Under the pieces are notes generated by a model, which was given only the letters and a program-made list of their open reading frames with translations, was not told where the DNA came from and did no database searches. A stretch of 64,000 bases of DNA from Alphaproteobacteria bacterium (GTDB taxonomy: Bacteria > Pseudomonadota > Alphaproteobacteria > JAPOUT01 > G958296285): assembly GCA_965204775.1 (NCBI GenBank), contig CBDBFH010000022.1, forward strand, positions 19,015 through 83,014. Reading direction: 5' to 3'. Made by a program: the position numbers and the translations under genes. Below are positions 9,550-18,577 of the stretch, piece by piece; within the stretch, counting starts at the first letter, position 1, and each line of letters starts with the position of its first letter.

Positions 9550-10482
9550 TTACCTTTTTATCCGGCGTTTGAGGGTGGCGAAGCGGTTTTTGCATTTGCG
9601 CTCGATAAGTTTGTGGAGTTCGGCGACCTGCGCGCCCAGCCAGTCGAGCTCCTTTTCGGTAATCACGTAATGCGGGGAATAGCGCGCCTTGACATAGGCA
9701 TCCTTGAGCAGCTGGAACAGCCGCTGGTCGCGGCGGTAATAGCGCGGCCAGACCGGGACCAGACGCCGGTTCACACGCTCCGCGTCCGAACGCAATTTCT
9801 CAATATCATGATGCCGGGGCGCATAATGGGTCAGCGTCAGAAGAAAAGCCCGATAAGCATGTTCAACCGCCTGATGGAGCTGGAAGGCTGATTCTTTTAG
9901 CCGCCCCTTGTCTAGAACATAGCGTGACGTATCTAGAAATCCTCTCGCACCCGGAAACCAGATTTCATAATTGTTCTGCGATTCCTCAAGGGCGGCCTGG
10001 GGGGTGAGCGGTTCGGGGTCGGCGAGTTTGCGGGTGTGCGGGGCCTCGTAGAGCAAAATCCCCTCTTTGGCGACGTCAACAAAGAAATAGGCTCCGCGCC
10101 TCAAACGCTGATTGACATAGCGGTTGGAGTGCACGATCAGTTTGACCTGCGGGCGGGTGGGGCCTCTTGAGGGAAAGCGGAGAAAGCGGTCATTGGCCCT
10201 CGTCCAGTAATCAAAGTCGGTCAGCCGCCGGTCATTGACGGTCACCAGAAGATCGTAGTCGCTGACATAGCCGGAATGGGGGCCGCTATAGGGATCTATA
10301 ACGTAATCATTCCGCGCGAATGAGCCGTAGAGGATAATCCGCTGAATACGTCCATTTTTGACGAATTTGGCCTTTGAGCGCCGGAGCGACTTGTCAAACT
10401 CCTCAAAGAGGATTTCGACGGCCCGCTCCAGTTCTTTCTGGCACCGGGCGGGGAGAAAGCCGATGTCGGTCTTCATTTCCAT
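9550..10482 (-). CDS. Nucleotidyltransferase (MNT)-HEPN fusion protein
   Basis: ILYGSFAR..SDYDLLV (pol-beta GS/DxD motif), then HEPN-type AFQLHQAVE..HDIEKL..AYVKARY. Confidence 0.88.
   Translation of the reverse strand: MEMKTDIGFLPARCQKELERAVEILFEEFDKSLRRSKAKFVKNGRIQRIILYGSFARNDYVIDPYSGPHSGYVSDYDLLVTVNDRRLTDFDYWTRANDRFLRFPSRGPTRPQVKLIVHSNRYVNQRLRRGAYFFVDVAKEGILLYEAPHTRKLADPEPLTPQAALEESQNNYEIWFPGARGFLDTSRYVLDKGRLKESAFQLHQAVEHAYRAFLLTLTHYAPRHHDIEKLRSDAERVNRRLVPVWPRYYRRDQRLFQLLKDAYVKARYSPHYVITEKELDWLGAQVAELHKLIERKCKNRFATLKRRIKR
9565..9588. repeat. Direct repeat copy B (within the MNT-HEPN gene 3' end)
   Basis: gcgtttgagggtggcgaagcggtt; encodes NRFATLKR. Confidence 0.85.
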
Positions 10483-10544
10483 AGGCGATCATAATGCCTG
10501 ATTCGCCCCGCCTGTAAAGGCGGAGTCGGGAGTCTGGTTGATGG

Positions 10545-11150
10545 GGATTCCCGCCCCCGCTTTCGCGGGGGTGACGTGCTTTCGCGGGAATGACGAGAGA
10601 GAAAGGCGGGAATGACGAGAGAGAAAGGCGGGAATGACGAGAGAGAAGGGCGGGAATGACAGGAGGGGCGGGGGAAAGTCCAGTTCTTTTCTCCGTCACT
10701 CCCGCGCAAGCGGGAGTCCATTTCGCGGATGTGGCTGGATTCCCGCCCCCGCCTTCGCGGGGGTGACGTTCTTTCGCGGGAATGACGAGAGAGGCGGGGA
10801 TGACGAGCTGGATTCCCGCTTTCGCGGGAATGACGAGAGAGAAGGGCGGGAATGACGAGAGAGAAGGGCGGGAATGACGAGAGAGAAAGGCGGGAATGAC
10901 AGGAGGGGTGGGGGAAAGTCCAGTTCTTTTCTCCGTCACTCCCGCGCAAGCGGGAGTCCATTTCGCGGGTGTGTCTGGATTCCCGCCCCCGCCCCCGCCC
11001 CCGCTTTCGCGGGGGTGACGTTCTTTCGCGGGGGTGACGTTCTTTCGCGGGGGTGACGAGAGAGGCGGGGATGACGAGCTGGATTCCCGCTTTCGCGGGA
11101 ATGACGAGAGAGAAGGGCGGGAATGACGAGAGAGGCGGGGGAAAGTCCCG
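10545..11150. repeat. Hierarchical dRS3/REP-like palindromic repeat array (BIME-like)
   Basis: ATTCCC-GCTTTCGC-GGGAAT at 10812-10831 and 11083-11102; opposite-orientation ACTCCC-GCGCAAGC-GGGAGT at 10698-10717 and 10938-10957; 22-bp, 19-bp and 6-bp tandem subunits; 240-bp higher-order period. Confidence 0.92.
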
Positions 11151-11233
11151 CCCGCCACCTCTCCGGGCGCGGGGCACGTCAATTCTTGATGCCTCAATTA
11201 TTCGCGCTCCCCCTTCCGGCAGGCACAGGTTTT

Positions 11234-11301
11234 GCGGGAAAGTCCGGCGACCGCCGCTCGGCGGCTGGCGGGAAAGTCCCGCCACCCCCGCTCGGCGGCT
11301 G
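11234..11301. repeat. 34-bp tandem duplication overlapping the tRNA 3' end
   Basis: gcgggaaagtccggcgaccgccgctcggcggctg followed by gcgggaaagtcccgccacccccgctcggcggctg. Confidence 0.8.
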
Positions 11302-11369
11302 GGGGAGGTGGATTCGAACCACCATTGACGAATTCAGAGTCCGCTGTCCTACCGTTAGACGATCCCCCA
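11299..11369 (-). tRNA. tRNA-Gln (anticodon CTG), CCA not encoded
   Basis: TGGGGGATCGTCTAACGGTAGGACAGCGGA-CTCTGAA-TTCGTCAATGGTGGTTCGAATCCACCTCCCCCAG; acceptor, D, anticodon and T arms all pair. Confidence 0.95.
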
Positions 11370-11428
11370 TTGCGCGCGTGCTATACTAAACCACAGCCCA
11401 GACCCCAAGAGCAAAACCGCCAACCACC

Positions 11429-12079
11429 ATGCGCCGCCCGTTCCATCGCCAGCCCCGCGCCGGAGGCTCAAACCGCCGGGGCTCCTCACAAAACTGGGTC
11501 GCGCGCCAGGCCCGCGACCCCTTCGTCAAAGCCGCCGCCAGCCAGAATTTCCGCTCCCGCGCCGCCTTCAAACTCGCCGCCGTCGACAAGCACAAAAACC
11601 TGATCCGGCCCGGACAGAAAATCGCCGACCTCGGCGCCGCACCCGGCGGCTTCTCCCAATACGCCGCGCAAAAAACCGGAACCGGCGGCCTTGTCGTCGC
11701 CGCCGACCTCCTGCCCATCCAGCCCATCCCCGGAGTCGCCACCCTGCAGATCGACCTCACACAGGACGACGCCCCCCGGCTTCTGCTCGACGCCCTCGGC
11801 GGACAGGCCGATCTCGTCCTCAGCGACCTCGCCCCCAAAACCTCCGGGAACAAGGACCTCGATCAGACCCGCTCCGACGACCTCTCGCTCGCCGCCGCCC
11901 GAATCGCCAGCCAAATCCTCCAGCCCGGCGGACAACTCCTCCTCAAAGCCAGACAGGGCGGCGAAAGCCAAACCCTCGCCTTCCTCTCCGACAACTTCAC
12001 CTCCCTCTCGCGCCAAAAACCCCCCGCCAGCCGCTCCGAATCGCCCGAATTCTATTTCCTCGCCGCCAAAACCCAATAA
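11429..12079 (+). CDS. rlmE: 23S rRNA Um2552 2'-O-methyltransferase
   Basis: RSRAAFKL, DLGAAPGG, VLSDLAP, KPPASRSESPE. Confidence 0.95.
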   Translation: MRRPFHRQPRAGGSNRRGSSQNWVARQARDPFVKAAASQNFRSRAAFKLAAVDKHKNLIRPGQKIADLGAAPGGFSQYAAQKTGTGGLVVAADLLPIQPIPGVATLQIDLTQDDAPRLLLDALGGQADLVLSDLAPKTSGNKDLDQTRSDDLSLAAARIASQILQPGGQLLLKARQGGESQTLAFLSDNFTSLSRQKPPASRSESPEFYFLAAKTQ

Positions 12080-12159
12080 CCCCCTTCCTTTCCAAACCCT
12101 TTAATGATACAAAGCGCCGCCAATACCCCTCACGCCCCGCCCAGAGGGCCAAAATTGGC

Positions 12160-13632
12160 ATGATCCGCGAAGCCCTCACTTTCGATGACGTCCTCCTCTG
12201 CCCCGCAGAGTCCAACGTCCTGCCCGCGCAAACCCGGACCAACACCGAAATCGCACCCGGAATCACCCTCAATATCCCCCTCGTCTCCGCCGCCATGGAT
12301 ACCGTCACCGAAGCGGCGCTGGCCATCGCCATGGCCCAGGCAGGTGGCCTCGGCGTCCTCCACCGCAATATGACCCCAGAAGCCCAGGCCCTCCAGGTCA
12401 AGGCCGTCAAAAAATTCGAGTCCGGCATCGTCGTCGACCCCGTCACCATCAGCCCCGGCGCAACCCTCGCGCAGGCCCTCAACCTCATGCGAACACATAA
12501 AATCTCCGGAATCCCCGTCGTCGAAAGCAACGGCAAACTCAAGGGAATCCTCACCAATCGCGACGTCCGCTTCGCCGATAACCCCGAAGAACCCGTCCGC
12601 AGCCTCATGACCAAAGAAAAACTCGTGACCGTACATGAAGGCGTCAACCTCGCCGAAGCCAAGCGCCTCCTCCACGAACACCGAATCGAAAAACTCATCG
12701 TCGTGGACGACGCCTATCGCTGCACCGGACTCCTGACCGTCAAGGATATCGAAAAGTCCACCCTCCACCCCCGCGCCTGCAAAGACGAACAGGGCAGGCT
12801 GCGAGTCGCCGCCGCAACCGCCGTCGGCGGCGAAGGCCTGCGACGCGCCGACGCCCTGATCGAGGCCGGCGCAGATCTCATCGTCGTCGATACCGCGCAT
12901 GGACACTCGGCCCGCGTCATCGAAACCGTCCGCCAAATCCGCCGCAACCACAATAACGCCCGAATCATGGCCGGAAACGTCGCAACCGCCGACGGCGTCA
13001 AAGCCCTCGCCGACGCCGGCGCCGACGCCGTGAAAATCGGAATCGGACCCGGCTCCATCTGCACCACACGCATGGTCGCCGGCGTCGGCGTCCCACAACT
13101 CACCGCCGTCATGGACGCCGCCGAAGCCGCACAAAACGCCTCCATCCGAATCATCGCCGACGGCGGAATCAAATACTCCGGAGACCTCGCCAAAGCCCTC
13201 GCCGCAGGCGCAGACGCCGCCATGATCGGAACCCTCCTCGCCGGAACCGAAGAAACACCCGGCGAAGTCTTCCTCTATCAGGGCCGCAGCTACAAAGCCT
13301 ATCGCGGCATGGGATCCATCGGCGCCATGGCCGACGGCTCCGCCGACCGATACGCTCAGGAAGAAATCGGAAATATGATGAAACTCGTCCCCGAAGGCGT
13401 CGAAGGCCGCGTCCCCTTCAAAGGACCCGCCGCCGCCGTCATCCATCAACTCGTCGGCGGCCTGCGCGCCGCCATGGGTTACACCGGCGCGCAAAACCTC
13501 GGCCAATTCGCAAAGCGCGCACGCTTCACACGAATCTCCGCCGCCGCCCTGCGCGAAAGCCACGTCCACAGCGTCACCATCACGCGCGAATCGCCCAATT
13601 ACCCAGGCAGCGCATGGATGGGGGAGGGATAA
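12160..13632 (+). CDS. guaB: IMP dehydrogenase (complete)
   Basis: [19 protein letters not shown] pair, [22 protein letters not shown]. Confidence 0.98.
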   Translation: MIREALTFDDVLLCPAESNVLPAQTRTNTEIAPGITLNIPLVSAAMDTVTEAALAIAMAQAGGLGVLHRNMTPEAQALQVKAVKKFESGIVVDPVTISPGATLAQALNLMRTHKISGIPVVESNGKLKGILTNRDVRFADNPEEPVRSLMTKEKLVTVHEGVNLAEAKRLLHEHRIEKLIVVDDAYRCTGLLTVKDIEKSTLHPRACKDEQGRLRVAAATAVGGEGLRRADALIEAGADLIVVDTAHGHSARVIETVRQIRRNHNNARIMAGNVATADGVKALADAGADAVKIGIGPGSICTTRMVAGVGVPQLTAVMDAAEAAQNASIRIIADGGIKYSGDLAKALAAGADAAMIGTLLAGTEETPGEVFLYQGRSYKAYRGMGSIGAMADGSADRYAQEEIGNMMKLVPEGVEGRVPFKGPAAAVIHQLVGGLRAAMGYTGAQNLGQFAKRARFTRISAAALRESHVHSVTITRESPNYPGSAWMGEG

Positions 13633-13634
13633 AA

Positions 13635-14105
13635 ATGAAACCGCCCCGCCGCCTCCAACTCCTCGCCGCCGCCGCCATCTTCGCCGCGCTCGCCCCGCCC
13701 GCCCCCCCGGCTCAGGCCGAAGCCCGCCTCTCCCCGGAAGCCCGACGCCACGCCGCCGTCCTCATCCGCCAGGCCGAAGCCGCCATCAACCGCCGCGCCT
13801 ACCAGAAAGCCGCCGGCCTGTGCGAACAGGCCATCGTCGCCAACCCCTCCAACGCCCGCGCCCGCGCCTGTCTGGGGCGCGCCTATGGCAAAATCGGAAA
13901 CCTCGACAAGGCCCGAAAATATTACAGCGCCGCCCTCAAAATCGACCCCGACAACCATGACGCCCTGCGCTGGAGCGGCATGGAAGACCTCGACGCCGGA
14001 AACCCCAAAGCCGCACGCCAGAAACTGCGCCGTCTGGGAGAACTGTGCGGCTATTGCGCCGCATGGACCTCGCTCCGCGACGCCATTCAGGCCGGCGCGC
14101 AGTGA
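13635..14105 (+). CDS. Exported tetratricopeptide-repeat protein
   Basis: Signal-peptide-like N-terminus; TPR patterns ([28 protein letters not shown]); C-terminal CxxC. Confidence 0.8.
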   Translation: MKPPRRLQLLAAAAIFAALAPPAPPAQAEARLSPEARRHAAVLIRQAEAAINRRAYQKAAGLCEQAIVANPSNARARACLGRAYGKIGNLDKARKYYSAALKIDPDNHDALRWSGMEDLDAGNPKAARQKLRRLGELCGYCAAWTSLRDAIQAGAQ

Positions 14106-15664
14106 CGCAACCGCCCGACGCCGAGCGAATCCTCCTGATCGATTTCGGCAGTCAGTTCACCCAGCTGATCGCCCGCCGGGTCCGCGAAAGCGGCGTCTAT
14201 TGTGAAATCGCTCCCTGCCATGCGCTGCGCGGACATCTCGACCCCAAACCCGCCGCCGTCATTTTGTCCGGCGGCCCGGCCAGCGCCGCCGCCGGGCAGG
14301 CCGGACCACCCGCCCCGCCCGAACTCTTTCAGCTGGGCGTCCCGATTCTGGGAATCTGCTACGGCCAGCAGGCCATGTGCGCCGCTCTGGGCGGGCGCGC
14401 CGCACCCGGCGAAGCACGCGAATTCGGACGCGCCCGGATCACCATCGCCGCCGCCTCCCCTCTCTTCGACAGCCTCGCCCCGCCCGGCGGAACCGAAGAC
14501 GTCTGGATGAGCCACGCCGACCGGGTTGTCGAACTCCCCAAAGGCTTCGTCCCCCTCGCCCATTCCGGCCACGCCCCCTATGCCGCCATCGCCGACGAGC
14601 GCCGCAAACTCTACGGCGTCCAGTTCCACCCCGAAGTCGTCCACACCCCCGGCGGCGCAAAACTGATCGAAAACTTCGCGCGCCGCATCGCCAACTGCGC
14701 CGGGCGCTGGACTATGCAGGCCTTCCTCGACCAGGCCGCCGAAAATATCCGCGCCCGCGCCCCCAAAGGCCGAATCCTCTGCGCCCTGTCCGGCGGCGTC
14801 GACTCCGCCGCAACCGCGCTCCTCCTCCACCGCGCCGTTGGCGAACGACTCGTCTGCATCTTCGTCGACAACGGCCTCCTGCGCGAAAACGAGGCCGAAG
14901 ACGTCACCCGGCTCTTTCGCGAACACTTCAATATCCCACTGATCGCCGTCGACGCCGCCGACCGCTTCCTCGCCGCGCTCGGCAAAACCTCCGGCCCCGA
15001 AGAAAAACGCAAAATCATCGGAAAACTCTTCATCAAAATCTTCGAGGAAGAAGCCAAAAAAATCGGCAACGCGCAATTCCTCGCCCAGGGCACCCTCTAT
15101 CCCGACGTCATCGAAAGCGTCTCGGCGCATGGCGGCCCCAGCGCAACCATCAAAAGCCACCACAATGTCGGCGGCCTGCCGAAGCGCATGAAACTCAAAC
15201 TGATCGAGCCGGTCCGCGACCTCTTCAAGGACGAAGTGCGCGCGCTGGGCCGAACCCTGGGCCTGCCGGAAACCTTCCTGCGCCGCCACCCCTTCCCCGG
15301 ACCCGGCCTCGCCGTCCGAATCCCCGGACCCGTCACCGCAGAAAAATGCCGCATCCTGCGCCGCGCCGACGCCATCTATATCGACGAAATCCGCAAACAC
15401 AAACTCTATGACCACATCTGGCAGGCTTTCGCCGTCCTCCTGCCCGTCAAAAGCGTCGGCGTCATGGGCGACGCACGCTCCTACGAATATGTCTGCGCCC
15501 TGCGCGCCGTCACCTCCGTCGACGGCATGACCGCCGACGCCTTCCCCTTCCCACCCAACTTCCTCGAACAGACCGCAACCCGCATCATCAATGAAACCAA
15601 AGGCATCAACCGCGTCGTCTATGACGTCACCTCCAAACCGCCCGGAACCATAGAATGGGAGTGA
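14102..15664 (+). CDS. guaA: GMP synthase, copy 2
   Basis: Same motif set as copy 1; GTG at 14102 overlaps the upstream stop. Confidence 0.98.
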   Translation: MTQPPDAERILLIDFGSQFTQLIARRVRESGVYCEIAPCHALRGHLDPKPAAVILSGGPASAAAGQAGPPAPPELFQLGVPILGICYGQQAMCAALGGRAAPGEAREFGRARITIAAASPLFDSLAPPGGTEDVWMSHADRVVELPKGFVPLAHSGHAPYAAIADERRKLYGVQFHPEVVHTPGGAKLIENFARRIANCAGRWTMQAFLDQAAENIRARAPKGRILCALSGGVDSAATALLLHRAVGERLVCIFVDNGLLRENEAEDVTRLFREHFNIPLIAVDAADRFLAALGKTSGPEEKRKIIGKLFIKIFEEEAKKIGNAQFLAQGTLYPDVIESVSAHGGPSATIKSHHNVGGLPKRMKLKLIEPVRDLFKDEVRALGRTLGLPETFLRRHPFPGPGLAVRIPGPVTAEKCRILRRADAIYIDEIRKHKLYDHIWQAFAVLLPVKSVGVMGDARSYEYVCALRAVTSVDGMTADAFPFPPNFLEQTATRIINETKGINRVVYDVTSKPPGTIEWE

Positions 15665-15739
15665 ACTTGACTCCCGACCCCGCATGATCAAAACTCTGCG
15701 CTGCGGGAAGCGATCTTCTCCAGAGGGGGCCTGACTCCC

Positions 15740-16555
15740 GTGAACGCAGGCGGAGCGCCTCTTATACGCGCCATCGGCGCAGGCTTGATCGCCGGACTGA
15801 CGGCTTCTGTTGCTCACGCGCAGGACGCCCGGCCCGTAGCGGTGCAGCCGGTCGAGCAGCGGCAGGCTCAAACCGCCGCGCAATTGCAAAGCCGCCTGCC
15901 CATCCGGCGCGGGCAGGACCTCGCCATCATCCGCGCCGACGCCCAGGGCAAAACGCTGGTCATCACCTACCGCCTCGACCGCCCCGCCTCCGAAGTCGAT
16001 ATCAAAGCCTGGCGCGCCGGGCTGGCCGCCGAACTGACCGCCTTCGTCTGCGGCAATGCGCGCATGCGCGACACCGCCGGGCAGGGCGGTCGCTTCTCTT
16101 ACGTCTATCTCGACGCGCAAAACAAGCCGCTCGTCCGCATCGACATCGCCGGCGAAGACTGTCGGACCCGGCAGACCGCCGCCCAAGCCGGCCCGAAACC
16201 CGTCAATCAGCCCGGCGCGGCGGCGCGCGAGGCGCTCTCCGCCGCCCTCCTCGAAAAACTGGCGGTGCAGGTCAAACAGGCCAATGCCGGGCTGCCGCAG
16301 AAAATCGACCAGCTGACAACCCTCGTCAAACTGGAACTGCGCAACAAGGCTCTGATCCACACCTATCGTCTGAATGTCGCCAAGGAGACCATCAATGCGC
16401 GGAGTCTGGCCTCCACCGTCGCCGCCGCCAACTGCTCCGGACAAGACACCCGCGCCCTGCTCGAAATAGGCGCATCCTATTCCCACCTCTTCTATGACTC
16501 CCAGGGCGCGCTGGCCGCACAGATCGGGGTCAAATTGACAGACTGCACAAACTAG
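15740..16555 (+). CDS. Exported protein with two tandem PA3611/QSregVF- or GspS/AspS-like domains
   Basis: Signal peptide; two internal repeats LP..L(V/I)xTYRL..C..G..(F/Y)S..D..I...DC. Confidence 0.6.
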   Translation: MNAGGAPLIRAIGAGLIAGLTASVAHAQDARPVAVQPVEQRQAQTAAQLQSRLPIRRGQDLAIIRADAQGKTLVITYRLDRPASEVDIKAWRAGLAAELTAFVCGNARMRDTAGQGGRFSYVYLDAQNKPLVRIDIAGEDCRTRQTAAQAGPKPVNQPGAAAREALSAALLEKLAVQVKQANAGLPQKIDQLTTLVKLELRNKALIHTYRLNVAKETINARSLASTVAAANCSGQDTRALLEIGASYSHLFYDSQGALAAQIGVKLTDCTN

Positions 16556-16598
16556 GGCAGGAAGCCCTTTGCAGTCCGGTTCCGGGAGAGGCCTTCCG

Positions 16599-17285
16599 GT
16601 GAGCGATATCTTCAGAGAAGTCGAGGAGGCGGTGCGCCGCGAGCGCCTCAACCGCCTGTGGCGGCGCTACGGCAGTTTGATCGTCGGCGCGGCGGTGCTG
16701 TTCGCGCTGGCCGTGGGCGGCTTCACCCTCTGGCGCTGGTGGGACGAGACCAGCCGCGCACAGGCCGGCGCGCGCTTTGAAACCGCGCTGGCCCAGACCG
16801 ATGAAGACGACCGCCGCCGCGCCCTGGAGGCGCTCGCCGCGCAGGAGCCGGGCGCTTATGGCGCGCTCGCCCGCTTCCACCGCGCCGCCGAACACGCCCG
16901 CGCCGGAGAGCGCCGGAAGGCCGTCGCCGTCTATGACCGCCTCGTCCAGGACCCCGAACTGCCCCCGATCATGCAGGACCTCGCCCGGCTCAATGCCGGG
17001 TTTTTGCTCGCCGGACAGATCGACTTCACCGCCCTGCGCGCCCGGCTCGGTCCGGCGGCGGCAGACGGGCGGCCTTTTCGCTTCTCGGCCCGCGAAGCGC
17101 TGGCCGTCGCCGCGCTGGAGGCCGGAGACGCCGAAGCCGCCCGCTCCTATCTCGAAGCCCTGATCGCCGCCCCCGAAGCCCCGCCCTCGCTCGCCGCCCG
17201 CGCCCGCGCCCTGATCGAAACCGCTCTGCCCGCCCGCTTCGACACGCCCGAAGAGCCAAAAGAACAAAAAAAGCCGGAACAATAA
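16599..17285 (+). CDS. YfgM-like membrane-anchored TPR protein (DUF2659-like)
   Basis: SDIFREVEEAVRRERL, one TM helix; upstream of bamB-like and der. Confidence 0.85.
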   Translation: MSDIFREVEEAVRRERLNRLWRRYGSLIVGAAVLFALAVGGFTLWRWWDETSRAQAGARFETALAQTDEDDRRRALEALAAQEPGAYGALARFHRAAEHARAGERRKAVAVYDRLVQDPELPPIMQDLARLNAGFLLAGQIDFTALRARLGPAAADGRPFRFSAREALAVAALEAGDAEAARSYLEALIAAPEAPPSLAARARALIETALPARFDTPEEPKEQKKPEQ

Positions 17286-17290
17286 ACCCC

Positions 17291-18568
17291 ATGCGACCGA
17301 CCGCCTTTCCGCTCCTCGCCGCCGCGCTCGCGCTTGGCGCTTGCGCCGCCGAAGAACTTTTGCCCGGTGAGCGCATCGCCGCCTTCCCCGGGCCGCAAGC
17401 CGCGCCCGCCGACGCACAGGCCCCGGCTGACTCAATCGCGGTGCGCCTGCCCCCCCCGGCGGCGAACCCCGTCTGGGCGCAAACCGCCCACGGCCTGCGC
17501 CATCCGGCCCTCGCCGGAACGCCCCGCCAGCGCTGGCGGGTCCAGGCCGGCGCGCCGGGGTCCGGCGCGCTGGCCGCCCGCCCCGTCGCCGGAAATGGCC
17601 GCGTCTTCGTCCTCGACGGGCGCGCCTCCGTGCGCGCCTTCGACGCCGAAACCGGCCAGCGCCTCTGGCGGCAATCCCTCCGCGTCACGGGCGAGGAGAG
17701 CAACCTCGCCTTCGGCGGCGGCCTCGCCCTCGAAGGGGAAAAACTCCTCGCCGCAACCGGATTGGGCTCCCTCGCCGCCCTCAATGCGCAAAGCGGCGAA
17801 ATCCTCTGGCGGGTCGACGGCGCAATCCCCTTCCGCGCCGCCCCCGCCGCCGGACAGGGCCGCCTCTATGCCTTCGCCTACAACAACCGCCTCTCCGTGC
17901 GCGAAACCGGAACCGGCAACGAAATCTGGACCCATCAGGGCATCCCCGAAAGCGCCGGACTGCTCACCGCCCCGGCCCCCGCCCTCGCCGGACGGCTGGC
18001 GGTCGTCCCCTATAGTTCGGGCGAAGTCTTCACCCTGCGCGCCGAAAACGGAAACTTCATCTGGAGCGAAACCCTCGTCCAGGGGGGAATCGCCGACCCC
18101 AACACCACCATCACCTCGGTCGCCACCCCGGCCATCATGGACGGAGCCGTCTTCGCCCTGAGCAGCAGCGGACGCATGATCGCCGCCGCCCTCAACAGCG
18201 GGCGCAGACTCTGGTCACGCGATTTCTCCGGCAGCGCCCCGCCCTGGAGCGCAGGCAACGCCGTCTTCATCCTGACCGCCGAAGGCCGGGCCGTCGGCCT
18301 GGCGGCGCAAAGCGGACAAACCATCTGGTCAACCGCCTTGCCCGGCTCCGGCCCCGCCGGGCAGGGGATCATCTGGTCCGGACCCGTCCTCGCCGGGGGC
18401 AGACTCCTCTTCGCCTCCTCCGGCGGAACCCTCGCCGCGCTCGACCCTGGAACCGGAAAGCCCGGACCCTCCCTGAAACTCGCCGACGGCTTCCTGACCG
18501 CGCCCATCGTCGCCCAGCAAACCCTCTATCTGCTCTCCTCCTCCATGGAACTGATCGCCCTGCGCTGA
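17291..18568 (+). CDS. PQQ-like beta-propeller lipoprotein (BamB-like)
   Basis: Lipobox LGAC, repeated AxDAxTGxxxW motifs, synteny with der. Confidence 0.85.
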   Translation: MRPTAFPLLAAALALGACAAEELLPGERIAAFPGPQAAPADAQAPADSIAVRLPPPAANPVWAQTAHGLRHPALAGTPRQRWRVQAGAPGSGALAARPVAGNGRVFVLDGRASVRAFDAETGQRLWRQSLRVTGEESNLAFGGGLALEGEKLLAATGLGSLAALNAQSGEILWRVDGAIPFRAAPAAGQGRLYAFAYNNRLSVRETGTGNEIWTHQGIPESAGLLTAPAPALAGRLAVVPYSSGEVFTLRAENGNFIWSETLVQGGIADPNTTITSVATPAIMDGAVFALSSSGRMIAAALNSGRRLWSRDFSGSAPPWSAGNAVFILTAEGRAVGLAAQSGQTIWSTALPGSGPAGQGIIWSGPVLAGGRLLFASSGGTLAALDPGTGKPGPSLKLADGFLTAPIVAQQTLYLLSSSMELIALR

Positions 18569-18577
18569 ACGCACCGC

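Noticed and set aside
10545-11150. CRISPR array
   Set aside because: Intervening sequences are themselves repeated rather than unique spacers, periods are irregular, and there are no cas genes in the window.
11251-11264. CCGCCGCTCGGCGG shared between the tRNA trailer and the lptF repeat
   Set aside because: A 14-bp GC-only-like match is expected by chance in 64 kb of this composition.
10403-11328. ORFs spanning the repeat array (264 aa, 270 aa, etc.)
   Set aside because: They are translations of palindromic repeats (VIPAKAGI, SSFPP) and open in several frames; not credible proteins.
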